From: a candidate division WOR-3 bacterium
Lineage (GTDB): Bacteria > Hydrothermota > Tepidihabitantia > Tepidihabitantales > Tepidihabitantaceae
Assembly: GCA_965649295.1 (NCBI GenBank)
Contig: CBFGKH010000003.1
Coordinates: forward strand, 32,001 to 96,000
Direction of reading: 5' to 3'
Length of the DNA stretch: 64,000 nucleotides
A program made the position numbers and the translations under genes. Shown here piece after piece: positions 32,767 through 40,856 of the stretch. Below the pieces are notes generated by a model. It was not told the origin of the DNA and did not search any database. It was given only the letters and a program-made list of their open reading frames with translations. Numbering within the stretch: the stretch's first letter is position 1; every line of letters begins with the position of its first letter.

Positions 32767-34542
32767 ATGAAGAAACAGCCGACAAGAGAACCAGCAACTC
32801 ACCGGGCCAGCATGGCCAGCCTAAAGATTGTCTTCGACTTCTGGCGCGAGCGCAAAGCCTGGGCAGTGCTGCTCGTGCTGGGAATGCTCATCGCCACCGG
32901 CCTGACCCTTGCCTTTCCCTATGTCCTGCGACTGATAATTGACGGCATCAAACGCGGCATCACCCAGCGACAGCTAATCCGCTACGTGCTGATGCTCGTC
33001 GGTCTGGGCGTGCTGCGGGTTATCGGCGATGTGCTAATGCCGTTCCTGCGCGGCCGCATCAACGAACTCTACGCCTGGAAAGTGCGCTCAACGGTGTTCA
33101 GTCGCGTGCTCGAAATGGGCCACACTTTCACCACCAAATATCCCACTGGTGACGTAATGGAGCGGCTTGACCACGACATGAACGAGCTTTCCTTCTTTGC
33201 CTGCTCGGTGATATTCCGATTCATCGGCTCATTGTTCATGGTCGTCTTCTCGCTGGCGATAATGCTGCGGATGAACCCGCTCCTGACCCTCATCTCGATT
33301 CTGCCGGCTGGGCTCGCACTTTGGGGTTGGCTGCGCATCTCGCCGCGGATGTACTCACTATTCATGCAATGGCGGAAGATGATATCCGAGGTCAACAACC
33401 GGCTGGAAGCGGCCTTCACCGGCATCAGACTGGTAAAAGCCTACGTCATGGAATCAAAGCTTGGCCAGCAGTTCCGTCGCACCCTTGACGAACGAGTGGA
33501 CGTAGCCGTGCGCGAGGCCCGTCTCGAAGCAGCCATTGAGGTCTTCTACACCGGTATCGCCGAGATTGCAACCCTGCTCGTCCTCTGGCTCGGCGGCTGG
33601 CAGGTTGTCCAGCACCATCTCACCCTTGGCCAGTTCGTCGCCTTCAACGCCTACATCCTGATGCTTCTCGGCCCAATGTTCGACATCGGCCGGCTCTTTG
33701 TTTCTGGCCGCCGCGCCCAGGGCACCGCGGAGCGGATTCAATCGCTCCAGAACCATCCGCTCGAAATCACCACTCCCGCCCGACCCGCCCTGCCCGAGTT
33801 CGGTGAACTACGACTGGAGAATGTCACCTTCCGCTACGCCGACCGACCGGCACTGAAAAACGTCTCCATGAGATTCGCCCCCGGCCGCAAAATTGGCATT
33901 GCCGGTACGGTTGGCTCGGGCAAAAGCACCATCTTTCGCCTTCTCTTTCGACTGGCTGACCCGCAGCAGGGCCGGGTGACACTTGCCGGCAGAGACATCC
34001 GCGAACTTGACCTTGCTGCCTATCGCCAGCTGTTCGGGTATGCACCGCAGGAACCGATGCTCTTCTCAGACACTGTCCGCAACAACATCCTCTTCGGCCG
34101 CGAGGGCGTAAGCGAGGAAGAGCTGCAACGCATCATCGCCGGCGCCGAACTCGACCAGGACGTGGCCGCGTTTCCACAAAAGCTTGACGAGATGCTCGGC
34201 GAACGCGGCACCCGGCTTTCGGGCGGACAAAAAGAACGAGTCGCTATTGCCCGAGCCCTGGTTGGCCGACCGCGGATACTGGTCTTCGACGACGCCACCT
34301 CAGCGCTAGATGCCGAAACCGAACGTGACCTCATCAATCGGCTGATGACCGAACTGCGCGACACTACTGCGATACTCGTCTCGCACCGGCTATCGGTGCT
34401 ATCAGCCTGCGACTGGGTTTACGTGCTCGACGGCGGCGAGGTCAAAGAAGAAGGCACACCCGAGGACCTCCTCGCCCGCCAGGGACTCTACTGGAAACTC
34501 TACCAGCGCCAGCTCATCGAGCAGGAACTAGAACAGCTGTAA
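32767..34542 (+). CDS. Heterodimeric multidrug-type ABC exporter subunit (TMD+NBD)
   Basis: GTVGSGKS, LSGGQ, degenerate DDATSALD. Confidence 0.95.
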   Translation: MKKQPTREPATHRASMASLKIVFDFWRERKAWAVLLVLGMLIATGLTLAFPYVLRLIIDGIKRGITQRQLIRYVLMLVGLGVLRVIGDVLMPFLRGRINELYAWKVRSTVFSRVLEMGHTFTTKYPTGDVMERLDHDMNELSFFACSVIFRFIGSLFMVVFSLAIMLRMNPLLTLISILPAGLALWGWLRISPRMYSLFMQWRKMISEVNNRLEAAFTGIRLVKAYVMESKLGQQFRRTLDERVDVAVREARLEAAIEVFYTGIAEIATLLVLWLGGWQVVQHHLTLGQFVAFNAYILMLLGPMFDIGRLFVSGRRAQGTAERIQSLQNHPLEITTPARPALPEFGELRLENVTFRYADRPALKNVSMRFAPGRKIGIAGTVGSGKSTIFRLLFRLADPQQGRVTLAGRDIRELDLAAYRQLFGYAPQEPMLFSDTVRNNILFGREGVSEEELQRIIAGAELDQDVAAFPQKLDEMLGERGTRLSGGQKERVAIARALVGRPRILVFDDATSALDAETERDLINRLMTELRDTTAILVSHRLSVLSACDWVYVLDGGEVKEEGTPEDLLARQGLYWKLYQRQLIEQELEQL

Positions 34543-34610
34543 AGAAGAGGATTCTGCTGCGCCCGACGCAGTTCCTTGGTTCCTGTGGCCTACCGACCCC
34601 GGCCTTCGGA

Positions 34611-34638
34611 TTGACAGAATGTGCCCTGTAGCTAGTCT
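34611..34638 (+). promoter_or_regulatory. Promoter of the TA pair (leaderless candidate)
   Basis: TTGACA-N16-TAGTCT; GTG/ATG 6-9 nt downstream. Confidence 0.65.
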
Positions 34639-34647
34639 ATGAATGTG

Positions 34648-34881
34648 ATGAAGACCACTCGCTACTTTGAAGAGCAGGTCCTACGCAAACGTCCGTACAT
34701 CAAGCGCGAGTGGTGTCAAGTAGCATTAGCTAACCCTGCTCGCCGCGAAGTACAGCCCGACGGGCGCGTTCGCTACTGGCTATTTGTCCCTGAACTGGGA
34801 CGCTTCCTGAGGGTGGTTACGCTGGCTGATGGCGAAACCGTTCACAATGCGTTCCCTGACCGGGATTACACGGAGGACTGA
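34648..34881 (+). CDS. Putative toxin (RelE/BrnT/DUF4258-like small basic protein)
   Basis: RFLRVVTLADGETVHNAFPDR; abuts a DUF2283 gene. Confidence 0.7.
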   Translation: MKTTRYFEEQVLRKRPYIKREWCQVALANPARREVQPDGRVRYWLFVPELGRFLRVVTLADGETVHNAFPDRDYTED

Positions 34882-35103
34882 ATGAAGTTGCGCTATTATC
34901 CTGAAACCGATTCGCTGTACATCGACCTGTCCGAAAAAGCGAGTGTGGATTCACGCGAGGTCGCCCCTGGCGTCGTTCTCGACTTCGATGCCGACGGCAA
35001 ACTCGTCGGCCTGGACATCGACCACGCAAGCAAAATCGCCAGTCTGTCTCGCATCGAGGCCGAGGCCTTGCCGCTCTCGAACCTCGTCCTCAGCGGCACC
35101 TAG
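34882..35103 (+). CDS. DUF2283 putative antitoxin
   Basis: YYPETDSLYIDL, LDFDADGKLVGLDI. Confidence 0.88.
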   Translation: MKLRYYPETDSLYIDLSEKASVDSREVAPGVVLDFDADGKLVGLDIDHASKIASLSRIEAEALPLSNLVLSGT

Positions 35104-35114
35104 GCCTGCACGAC

Positions 35115-35178
35115 CTCGCCCGTCAAGGGCTCAGGTCACCAGCGCCAGCTCATCGAGCAAGAACTTGAGAAGCTGTAA
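35115..35178 (+). repeat. Diverged duplicate of the 3' end of the upstream ABC gene (34471-34542)
   Basis: ACCAGCGCCAGCTCATCGAGCA identical in both; encodes LARQGL..QRQLIEQELEKL* versus LARQGL..QRQLIEQELEQL*. Confidence 0.9.
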
Positions 35179-35281
35179 CCCGTCAGCAAGCTGGTTGTGT
35201 TCGCACCGGAATAACCGCGCAACGCCATGAATGCACAGTATACCTCATCTATTTGGTATTGTGTCCCCGTATGGCCGGGGT

Positions 35282-36748
35282 CTACTGGGCATCAATCCTT
35301 AGACGCTCGACCCTTTTATTACGACAACGGCAGGCCCAGTTGGCACGCCCCTCGGCGAGGTCATGACGTTCCACCCAGCTGTGGCAGACGTTACACCAAA
35401 CACAATTAGCCAGGTTCAGTACAGCTTCGCCGAATTGCCGTGCCTCATGCATTGACAGGCCCATGGCCCACTCATTGTAGTGTGCTCCCGCAATGTTGCG
35501 CAGGTGTATCCAACGCTGCACGGCTTCCGCAAAATCTTTGGCCGTCGTCCTCGACAGAACCTTGTACACACCCGGCCAGAGGTCGCCCAGAGTGTATCGA
35601 TCACCCCTTCTACGTATGACCGATGTAGGCAAAGCCTGGCTCATCTCGTGACAGACCAATTCCACCAGCAGATTAGCTCGCGCGCAGATATCCGATACGC
35701 GTCCGCAATCCAGCGCTTCAGTGAGGGCCTGGTCGACATTACGGTCACTGCCTGCCAGGATTGGCCCATTGTGGTAACTCCAATGCGAGATGGTTAAGTC
35801 CAGAAAGCGGTGCGCACGCTGACGCATCAGTGCGCGCAACTGCTCCTGCCAGAGCCGGTCGTGTGCGGTGAACACAATCTGCCAATCATGGAAGCGATCA
35901 ACAATATGCTCCGCCAAACGCTGACGGACAGGAGCATCGACACTCTGTAGTGTATCATCGAGTACGAGCAGCTTGGACTGCCCTCTCCGGGAAGCTTCCT
36001 CCACGAAGGCAAGATACACAAGCAGTGCCAGCAGGTCCAAATTGGCCTCGCTGAAGATCTGCTGCGGCGGCACGACTCTGCCTCCCACAAGATGAACGTT
36101 GAAGGCGAGGGTCGTCGACGTAGGTCGCTGATAGAGGAGCTCTATGGCCACGACATGCTCTGAAGCGGCAGAAAGTTCTCGAAAAGAATCAGTGACAGCA
36201 GCGCCGAGAGAGTTGAGCACACTCTGGACTGCACATTGCTTCTCCACTGGACTCTTCGTTCCCGGTCTCAGGAAGCTGTCGAAAGCAATCTGCCTCTCGT
36301 GGTCTGGCGTTTCCCAGAACCTCGTGATGTCGCTCCGGCGAAGCACGAACGGCGAGATACAGAAGCTCCTGTGTGGGCTGGTATCTCGCCGCCATTTGCC
36401 TCTGGTGTCGGGGGTGGCGCCACGTGTGAAGGACGTGCCATCCGCGAAATCGACAGTCGTCGCACTTTCAGTCGCCGCAAACAACGAGTAGAGGGGTAGC
36501 CAACGACCGCGGACGTTACCACGCAGAGCGTACTCCAGCGCATCGACAATTGTCGACTTGCCCGTACCATTGTCGCCGCAAATGAGGAGAGAACTTGGTG
36601 TGCCACATTTGTCCCTGAAGTCGACCACCAGTTTGTTCGGTACCCCCCTGAAGCCGTCGATCACGAGTCTGACGATTCTGGTATCGCCGACCGGTTGACA
36701 AGGGACGTTTCCTAGTGTCGGTTCAGTCAACTCGTTACCTCGCGGCAT
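35282..36748 (-). CDS. SMC/Rad50-type ABC ATPase fused to a HEPN-like domain and Zn finger (candidate defence protein)
   Basis: GFRG, GDNGTGKS, FSEAN signature, LLVLDD, TAHD, RNIAGAH, CxxC..CxC. Confidence 0.75.
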   Translation of the reverse strand: MPRGNELTEPTLGNVPCQPVGDTRIVRLVIDGFRGVPNKLVVDFRDKCGTPSSLLICGDNGTGKSTIVDALEYALRGNVRGRWLPLYSLFAATESATTVDFADGTSFTRGATPDTRGKWRRDTSPHRSFCISPFVLRRSDITRFWETPDHERQIAFDSFLRPGTKSPVEKQCAVQSVLNSLGAAVTDSFRELSAASEHVVAIELLYQRPTSTTLAFNVHLVGGRVVPPQQIFSEANLDLLALLVYLAFVEEASRRGQSKLLVLDDTLQSVDAPVRQRLAEHIVDRFHDWQIVFTAHDRLWQEQLRALMRQRAHRFLDLTISHWSYHNGPILAGSDRNVDQALTEALDCGRVSDICARANLLVELVCHEMSQALPTSVIRRRGDRYTLGDLWPGVYKVLSRTTAKDFAEAVQRWIHLRNIAGAHYNEWAMGLSMHEARQFGEAVLNLANCVWCNVCHSWVERHDLAEGRANWACRCRNKRVERLRIDAQ

Positions 36749-36754
36749 AGGCCG

Positions 36755-36782
36755 ATGGTAGCAGAGCGAGGTTATCTGTCAA
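36755..36782 (-). promoter_or_regulatory. Promoter of the ATPase-HEPN gene (leaderless candidate)
   Basis: TTGACA-N16-TACCAT, 6 nt before ATG. Confidence 0.7.
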
Positions 36783-36810
36783 GGTCGTCAACGTGGACGA
36801 ACGCGGAGGC

Positions 36811-36883
36811 GAGATTCCCTCGACTACCATCGGTATGACAATACCCATCACGTCATTCCGAGGAGGCCTGGCGGCGAGGAATC
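36811..36883. repeat. Degenerate inverted REP-like pair
   Basis: GAGATTCCCTCG..CGGTATGAC facing GTCATTCCGAG..CGAGGAATC. Confidence 0.5.
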
Positions 36884-37096
36884 GCCGCAGCCGGCGGTAG
36901 TGGCCGCTCGCTAGCGTTAGAACGAAAGAAGGAATGTGGCTACGAGGATGAACACGAGAAACGGAAGCTCCTAGGAACGAGAGAACCACAGGTTGCACAG
37001 CCGAGGTCGCCGAATTGCGTCCTCAATGGGTTATACGCACTAAGACCGAATCTCGTGCAGGAATTGTAATCCGGGGCACGCTTCCCCAGACCGGTT

Positions 37097-37116
37097 TGTG
37101 TACTTGCAAGTACACA
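37097..37116. repeat. Perfect 20-bp palindrome
   Basis: TGTGTACTTGCAAGTACACA. Confidence 0.85.
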
Positions 37117-37138
37117 GAGGAGCACGGACGAACTATCG

Positions 37139-37557
37139 CGTAACCGCAGAGAATGCCGTGAGTTATAGTCTATCAGCCGCTTCCCGAGACCCCACCCCGG
37201 GGACTGTCCCGGGAGTGGTTCGGTAGAGTTGTGGCGAGACTGCTTAGAGAGATGCTGAGGACACCATCTGCCAATCGGCTGGAGGTTGCGTCTGGGCAGG
37301 TCTTGGCATATGGGCTTCGAGGAGAAGTATCGGACGTGCTCCCCAAGCCAAGTGCAGGACTCTTCTCGGCGCTGCTACTGGGAACGTCTGCAACCCGGTT
37401 ATGGACTAGGCCTGCGGCAGCACTCCTGCTGCCCTCTCCCAAGACCCTGCTGCCAGAGCCACTCATGATGTCTTGGCCAGGCAGGTCGCAGTTCTGGTCT
37501 AGCTCAGACGACGCGCAGCCTGAGACCGGCATTGACCTCTGGCCGGTCAGTTTCTAG
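37139..37557 (+). repeat. Dispersed element copy 2: conserved head plus degenerate 12-nt periodic tail
   Basis: Head homologous to 2241-2324; same 12-nt phase, every fourth triplet mostly CTN/TCT/TTN. Confidence 0.7.
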
Positions 37558-37622
37558 ACTGGAATTAGTTGAACACCAAGGAGAACCGGGCGGAAAGATT
37601 GTTGCTCGCGGAAAAGGAGTGC

Positions 37623-38306
37623 ATGAAGATGAAGAAATCACTGTTGTTACTGATTGCGGCGCTGGTCCTGCCGGCTGCCGGAGTGAATATTGTGCTGAAC
37701 CCGTCGTTTGAGACCTGGCTATTGGGCGTGCCGGTTGGCTGGCTGACATCAGAGGCACTGTCGCCAGGCTCGGCAGTGCGAGACTCGAACAGCCACACCG
37801 GTTCCTGGTGTGTACGGCTGGAGGCAGTGGACACGAGCGCCTTTGTAACCTCGGCAACGCTCGTTCGGCCTGGACTGAGCTATGAGTTTGCCGGTTGGGT
37901 GCGATCACCCGGCGCGGTGGCCGGTTCTTTCATCCTCCAGTTCACCAAGCTCGATGCTTCGCCGATCGGTTCGCCGACCTTGATTCCAGCCTACTACTCC
38001 GGAACAAACTATCGTGAATATCGGCGCTGGGTAACAGCACCAGACTCAAGCGTCTTTCTCTCGATCACTTTTGCAACGCTGGCCGGACTCGTTGCCTATG
38101 TTGACGATGTGACGCTCGATGATACCAGTTTGACCGCGGTAGCCGAGAGAGCACCGGTTCGGACCGAGCGGGTTCGCGGTCTCGGCAAGTTTGTCTCCTG
38201 CGGCAGTCAGGTGCCGATGCCGGCGCAGCCGGTGTATGACGCGCTGGGCCGCCGGGTGAGTCAGGCCCGACCTGGCCGCGGTGTCTATTTTCTGCTGCCG
38301 AAATAG
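37623..38306 (+). CDS. Secreted carbohydrate-binding-module-like protein with a short T9SS-like tail
   Basis: SD AAGGAG, signal peptide, NPSFE...YVDDVTL jelly-roll, VYDALGRRV..GVYF. Confidence 0.7.
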   Translation: MKMKKSLLLLIAALVLPAAGVNIVLNPSFETWLLGVPVGWLTSEALSPGSAVRDSNSHTGSWCVRLEAVDTSAFVTSATLVRPGLSYEFAGWVRSPGAVAGSFILQFTKLDASPIGSPTLIPAYYSGTNYREYRRWVTAPDSSVFLSITFATLAGLVAYVDDVTLDDTSLTAVAERAPVRTERVRGLGKFVSCGSQVPMPAQPVYDALGRRVSQARPGRGVYFLLPK

Positions 38307-38522
38307 ATGGCCGAGATTGAGTTTCTGGTCCGGCGACTGCGAGGTGGCGGCTATTCAGCCCAAGCGCAGGGAGCCGACATCTTCACCGAAGCTGACTCCC
38401 TCGCCGAGCTGCGCAAGAACATCTGCGAGGCAGCCTGCTGCCATTGTGAGGAATGCAGTCGGCCCGACGCGGTCGTCCTGCGGTTTGGCCGGCACGGTCG
38501 GACCGAGCGCATCGAGTTGTGA
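38307..38522 (+). CDS. HicB-like antitoxin without a DNA-binding domain
   Basis: GGYSA..ADIFTEADSLAELRKNI.EA..CH. Confidence 0.8.
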   Translation: MAEIEFLVRRLRGGGYSAQAQGADIFTEADSLAELRKNICEAACCHCEECSRPDAVVLRFGRHGRTERIEL

Positions 38523-38770
38523 AGCTGGCCCGCGACATTGCCGGTACCGAACTGGCCCGGCGTTTGCGCCGTTACGGTTACCGCGTCACCCGGCAAGTCG
38601 GCTCCCACATGCGGCTCACAACCGAGCAGAACGGCGTCCATCACGTAACCATTCCGGCCCATCGCAGCCTGCGTGCCGGCACCCTGGGATTTGTGCTAAC
38701 CAGTATCGCTGCCCATCTCGGACTGGAGCGGAGACAGTTGGCCAAGGTGCTGCTGGCCGCAGCCGACTAG
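38519..38770 (+). CDS. HicA-family toxin
   Basis: RQVGSHMRL, VTIPAH..LRAGTL; GTGA overlap with the antitoxin. Confidence 0.9.
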   Translation: MKLARDIAGTELARRLRRYGYRVTRQVGSHMRLTTEQNGVHHVTIPAHRSLRAGTLGFVLTSIAAHLGLERRQLAKVLLAAAD

Positions 38771-38799
38771 CCGCTGCCCGGTTGACAGTCAGCGGCTAG
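38767..38799. terminator. Hairpin between convergent genes
   Basis: CTAGCCGCTG-N13-CAGCGGCTAG. Confidence 0.45.
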
Positions 38800-38822
38800 C
38801 GTCTAACCATGGTCAACTCCGG

Positions 38823-39392
38823 CTAGCGCAGTTCGGTGTAGCGCGGTTTGGCAAAGACGACCCGACCGACATCAGTGTCAAGAGCGCCCTGAATCACCAC
38901 CTCAAGGTCGCTGCCGACTGCAGCTGCGCCGTTCTCCACGACCACCTTGATACCGCCTTCTAGGTAGCCGATGCCCTCGTTCTTCTCCTTGCCCTTTTTG
39001 GCAATGCGCAGCCGCAGCTCAGTACCAGGCAGATACTGGGGCTTGAACAGATTGTAGATGTCGGTGGCGGTGACAGCATTGCCCGGGCCAGCCAACTGCT
39101 TTAGTTCAGGGTTGGTGGTGATGAGCGTCGCCTTATGCTTGCGAACTGCTGCCAGCACTGCCTCGCGACTGGCCAAGGAACGGTCGAGCTTGACCGTCAG
39201 TCCTTTGACTGTTTTGAGCTTCTCGATGGCCTCACGTGCGCGCCGGTTGGCATGGTCGTTCGGGCCGCTCGGCTCAACATCGGGCAGCAGCAAGCGGCCA
39301 GTGACGAGGCCAAAGGCCAGGAAATCGGCAATGCGTGGGTCGGCCAGACTCTGATAGTCAACGATGAAAGTCTTCTTGGCTGGGAAAAGCAT
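38823..39392 (-). CDS. PIN/TRAM domain protein (YacL-like, no N-terminal TMs)
   Basis: GKEKNEGIGYLEGGIKVVVE TRAM motif; follows radA. Confidence 0.85.
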   Translation of the reverse strand: MLFPAKKTFIVDYQSLADPRIADFLAFGLVTGRLLLPDVEPSGPNDHANRRAREAIEKLKTVKGLTVKLDRSLASREAVLAAVRKHKATLITTNPELKQLAGPGNAVTATDIYNLFKPQYLPGTELRLRIAKKGKEKNEGIGYLEGGIKVVVENGAAAVGSDLEVVIQGALDTDVGRVVFAKPRYTELR

Positions 39393-39467
39393 CTAACCTC
39401 CAATAACAGGCTGCCGGGATGATACCGGCCTTAGCTGGTAGGCGATAGCGAACCGCCGAGCTTCTGG

Positions 39468-40832
39468 TCATTGCAGGCGGGCGAGTTCGAGCGCAGCCCG
39501 AACCGTCGGCACTGGGAATAGCTCTATCCCAGAATGACGGATGCGGCCTGATGCGGCCGGTAATGCCACCTTGCGAAAGCCGAGCCGCGATGCTTCGGCC
39601 ACGCGCGCCTCGGTTCGCGCAACCGACCGGACTTCGCCGCCCAACCCAACCTCACCGATGAAGACTGCATCCTCAGGCAGCGGCTGATTGCGAATTGATG
39701 AAGCGATGGCCGCAACCACTGCCAGGTCGGCGGCTGGTTCGACAATCTTCAGTCCGCCGGCAACGTTGATGAAAACATCCTGGCCGGCTGCTGAGACCCC
39801 GGCCCGCCGTTCGAGCACAGCTATCAGCATCGCCAGCCGCCGACCATCAAAGCCGGTGGCAACGCGCTGCGGCAGGGCAAAAGGTGTGGCCGCGGCCAAG
39901 GCCTGCACCTCAACCAAGAGCGGCCGGGTGCCCTCGATTGTCGCGACCACTGCCGAACCCGAGACATCAGCACGGCGGCCGGAAAGAAAGAACTCTGACG
40001 GATTTGAGACCTCTATCAGTCCCGACTCGGTCATCTCGAACACGCCAATCTCGTTCGTCGAACCGTAGCGGTTCTTGGCCGCCCGAACGATTCGATACTG
40101 CTGGTAGCCCTCGCCCTCAAAGTAGAGGACCGTGTCAACCATGTGTTCAAGCGTCTTCGGCCCGGCAATCAGACCATACTTGGTCACGTGGCCAACAACA
40201 AAGGTAGTGAAGGTGCGGCTCTTGGCCAGCCGTAGCAGCTCGGCCGTGCATTCGCGCACCTGACCGACACTGCCCGGCGCACTGGTCAGGCTCGAACGAT
40301 AGACTGTCTGAATCGAATCAACTACCAGCAGCGACGGATTCAACTCCTCGACCGCCGTGACGATTTCGTCAATATCAATTGTGCAGAGCAGGTGAATCCC
40401 ATCAGCGAGCGCACCCAGTCGCTCAGCCCGCAACCGTAGTTGCTCGGCCGATTCCTCGCCAGTGACATAGAGTACTGGCCGGCCAGCTTGGGCAATCCGC
40501 TGACAAACCTGCAGGGTGAGCGTTGACTTGCCGATGCCGGGTTCGCCGCCAATCAGGAGTAACGAACCTGGGACCAGACCGCCGCCCAGCACCCGATCCA
40601 GTTCGCCAATACCGGTTGCCAGTCGCTGTTGGGCCTGCGGCGCGATTTGGCTCAACCGCACCGGTCGCGCGCCAGTCGTGCCACTACGACTGCGTTCGGC
40701 CGGTGGCCGGGTTGGCCGCAGCTCCTCGACCAGCGTGTTCCAGGCCCCGCAGCCCGGACAATGACCAAGCCAACGCGGAGACTCCTGTCCACAATTCTGA
40801 CAGACAAAGACCGAACGACTCTTAGCTGGCAA
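39468..40832 (-). CDS. radA: DNA repair protein RadA/Sms
   Basis: C4 zinc finger, GEPGIGKS, KNRYG. Confidence 0.98.
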   Translation of the reverse strand: MPAKSRSVFVCQNCGQESPRWLGHCPGCGAWNTLVEELRPTRPPAERSRSGTTGARPVRLSQIAPQAQQRLATGIGELDRVLGGGLVPGSLLLIGGEPGIGKSTLTLQVCQRIAQAGRPVLYVTGEESAEQLRLRAERLGALADGIHLLCTIDIDEIVTAVEELNPSLLVVDSIQTVYRSSLTSAPGSVGQVRECTAELLRLAKSRTFTTFVVGHVTKYGLIAGPKTLEHMVDTVLYFEGEGYQQYRIVRAAKNRYGSTNEIGVFEMTESGLIEVSNPSEFFLSGRRADVSGSAVVATIEGTRPLLVEVQALAAATPFALPQRVATGFDGRRLAMLIAVLERRAGVSAAGQDVFINVAGGLKIVEPAADLAVVAAIASSIRNQPLPEDAVFIGEVGLGGEVRSVARTEARVAEASRLGFRKVALPAASGRIRHSGIELFPVPTVRAALELARLQ

Positions 40833-40856
40833 GTTTGGCCCCTCGTAACCTGGCGC

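Noticed and set aside
34543..38800. Prophage or integron
   Set aside because: No integrase, phage genes or recognisable attC sites in the window
38782..38810. TTGACA after hicA as a promoter
   Set aside because: No good -10 at 16-18 nt, and it would point antisense into the PIN-TRAM gene
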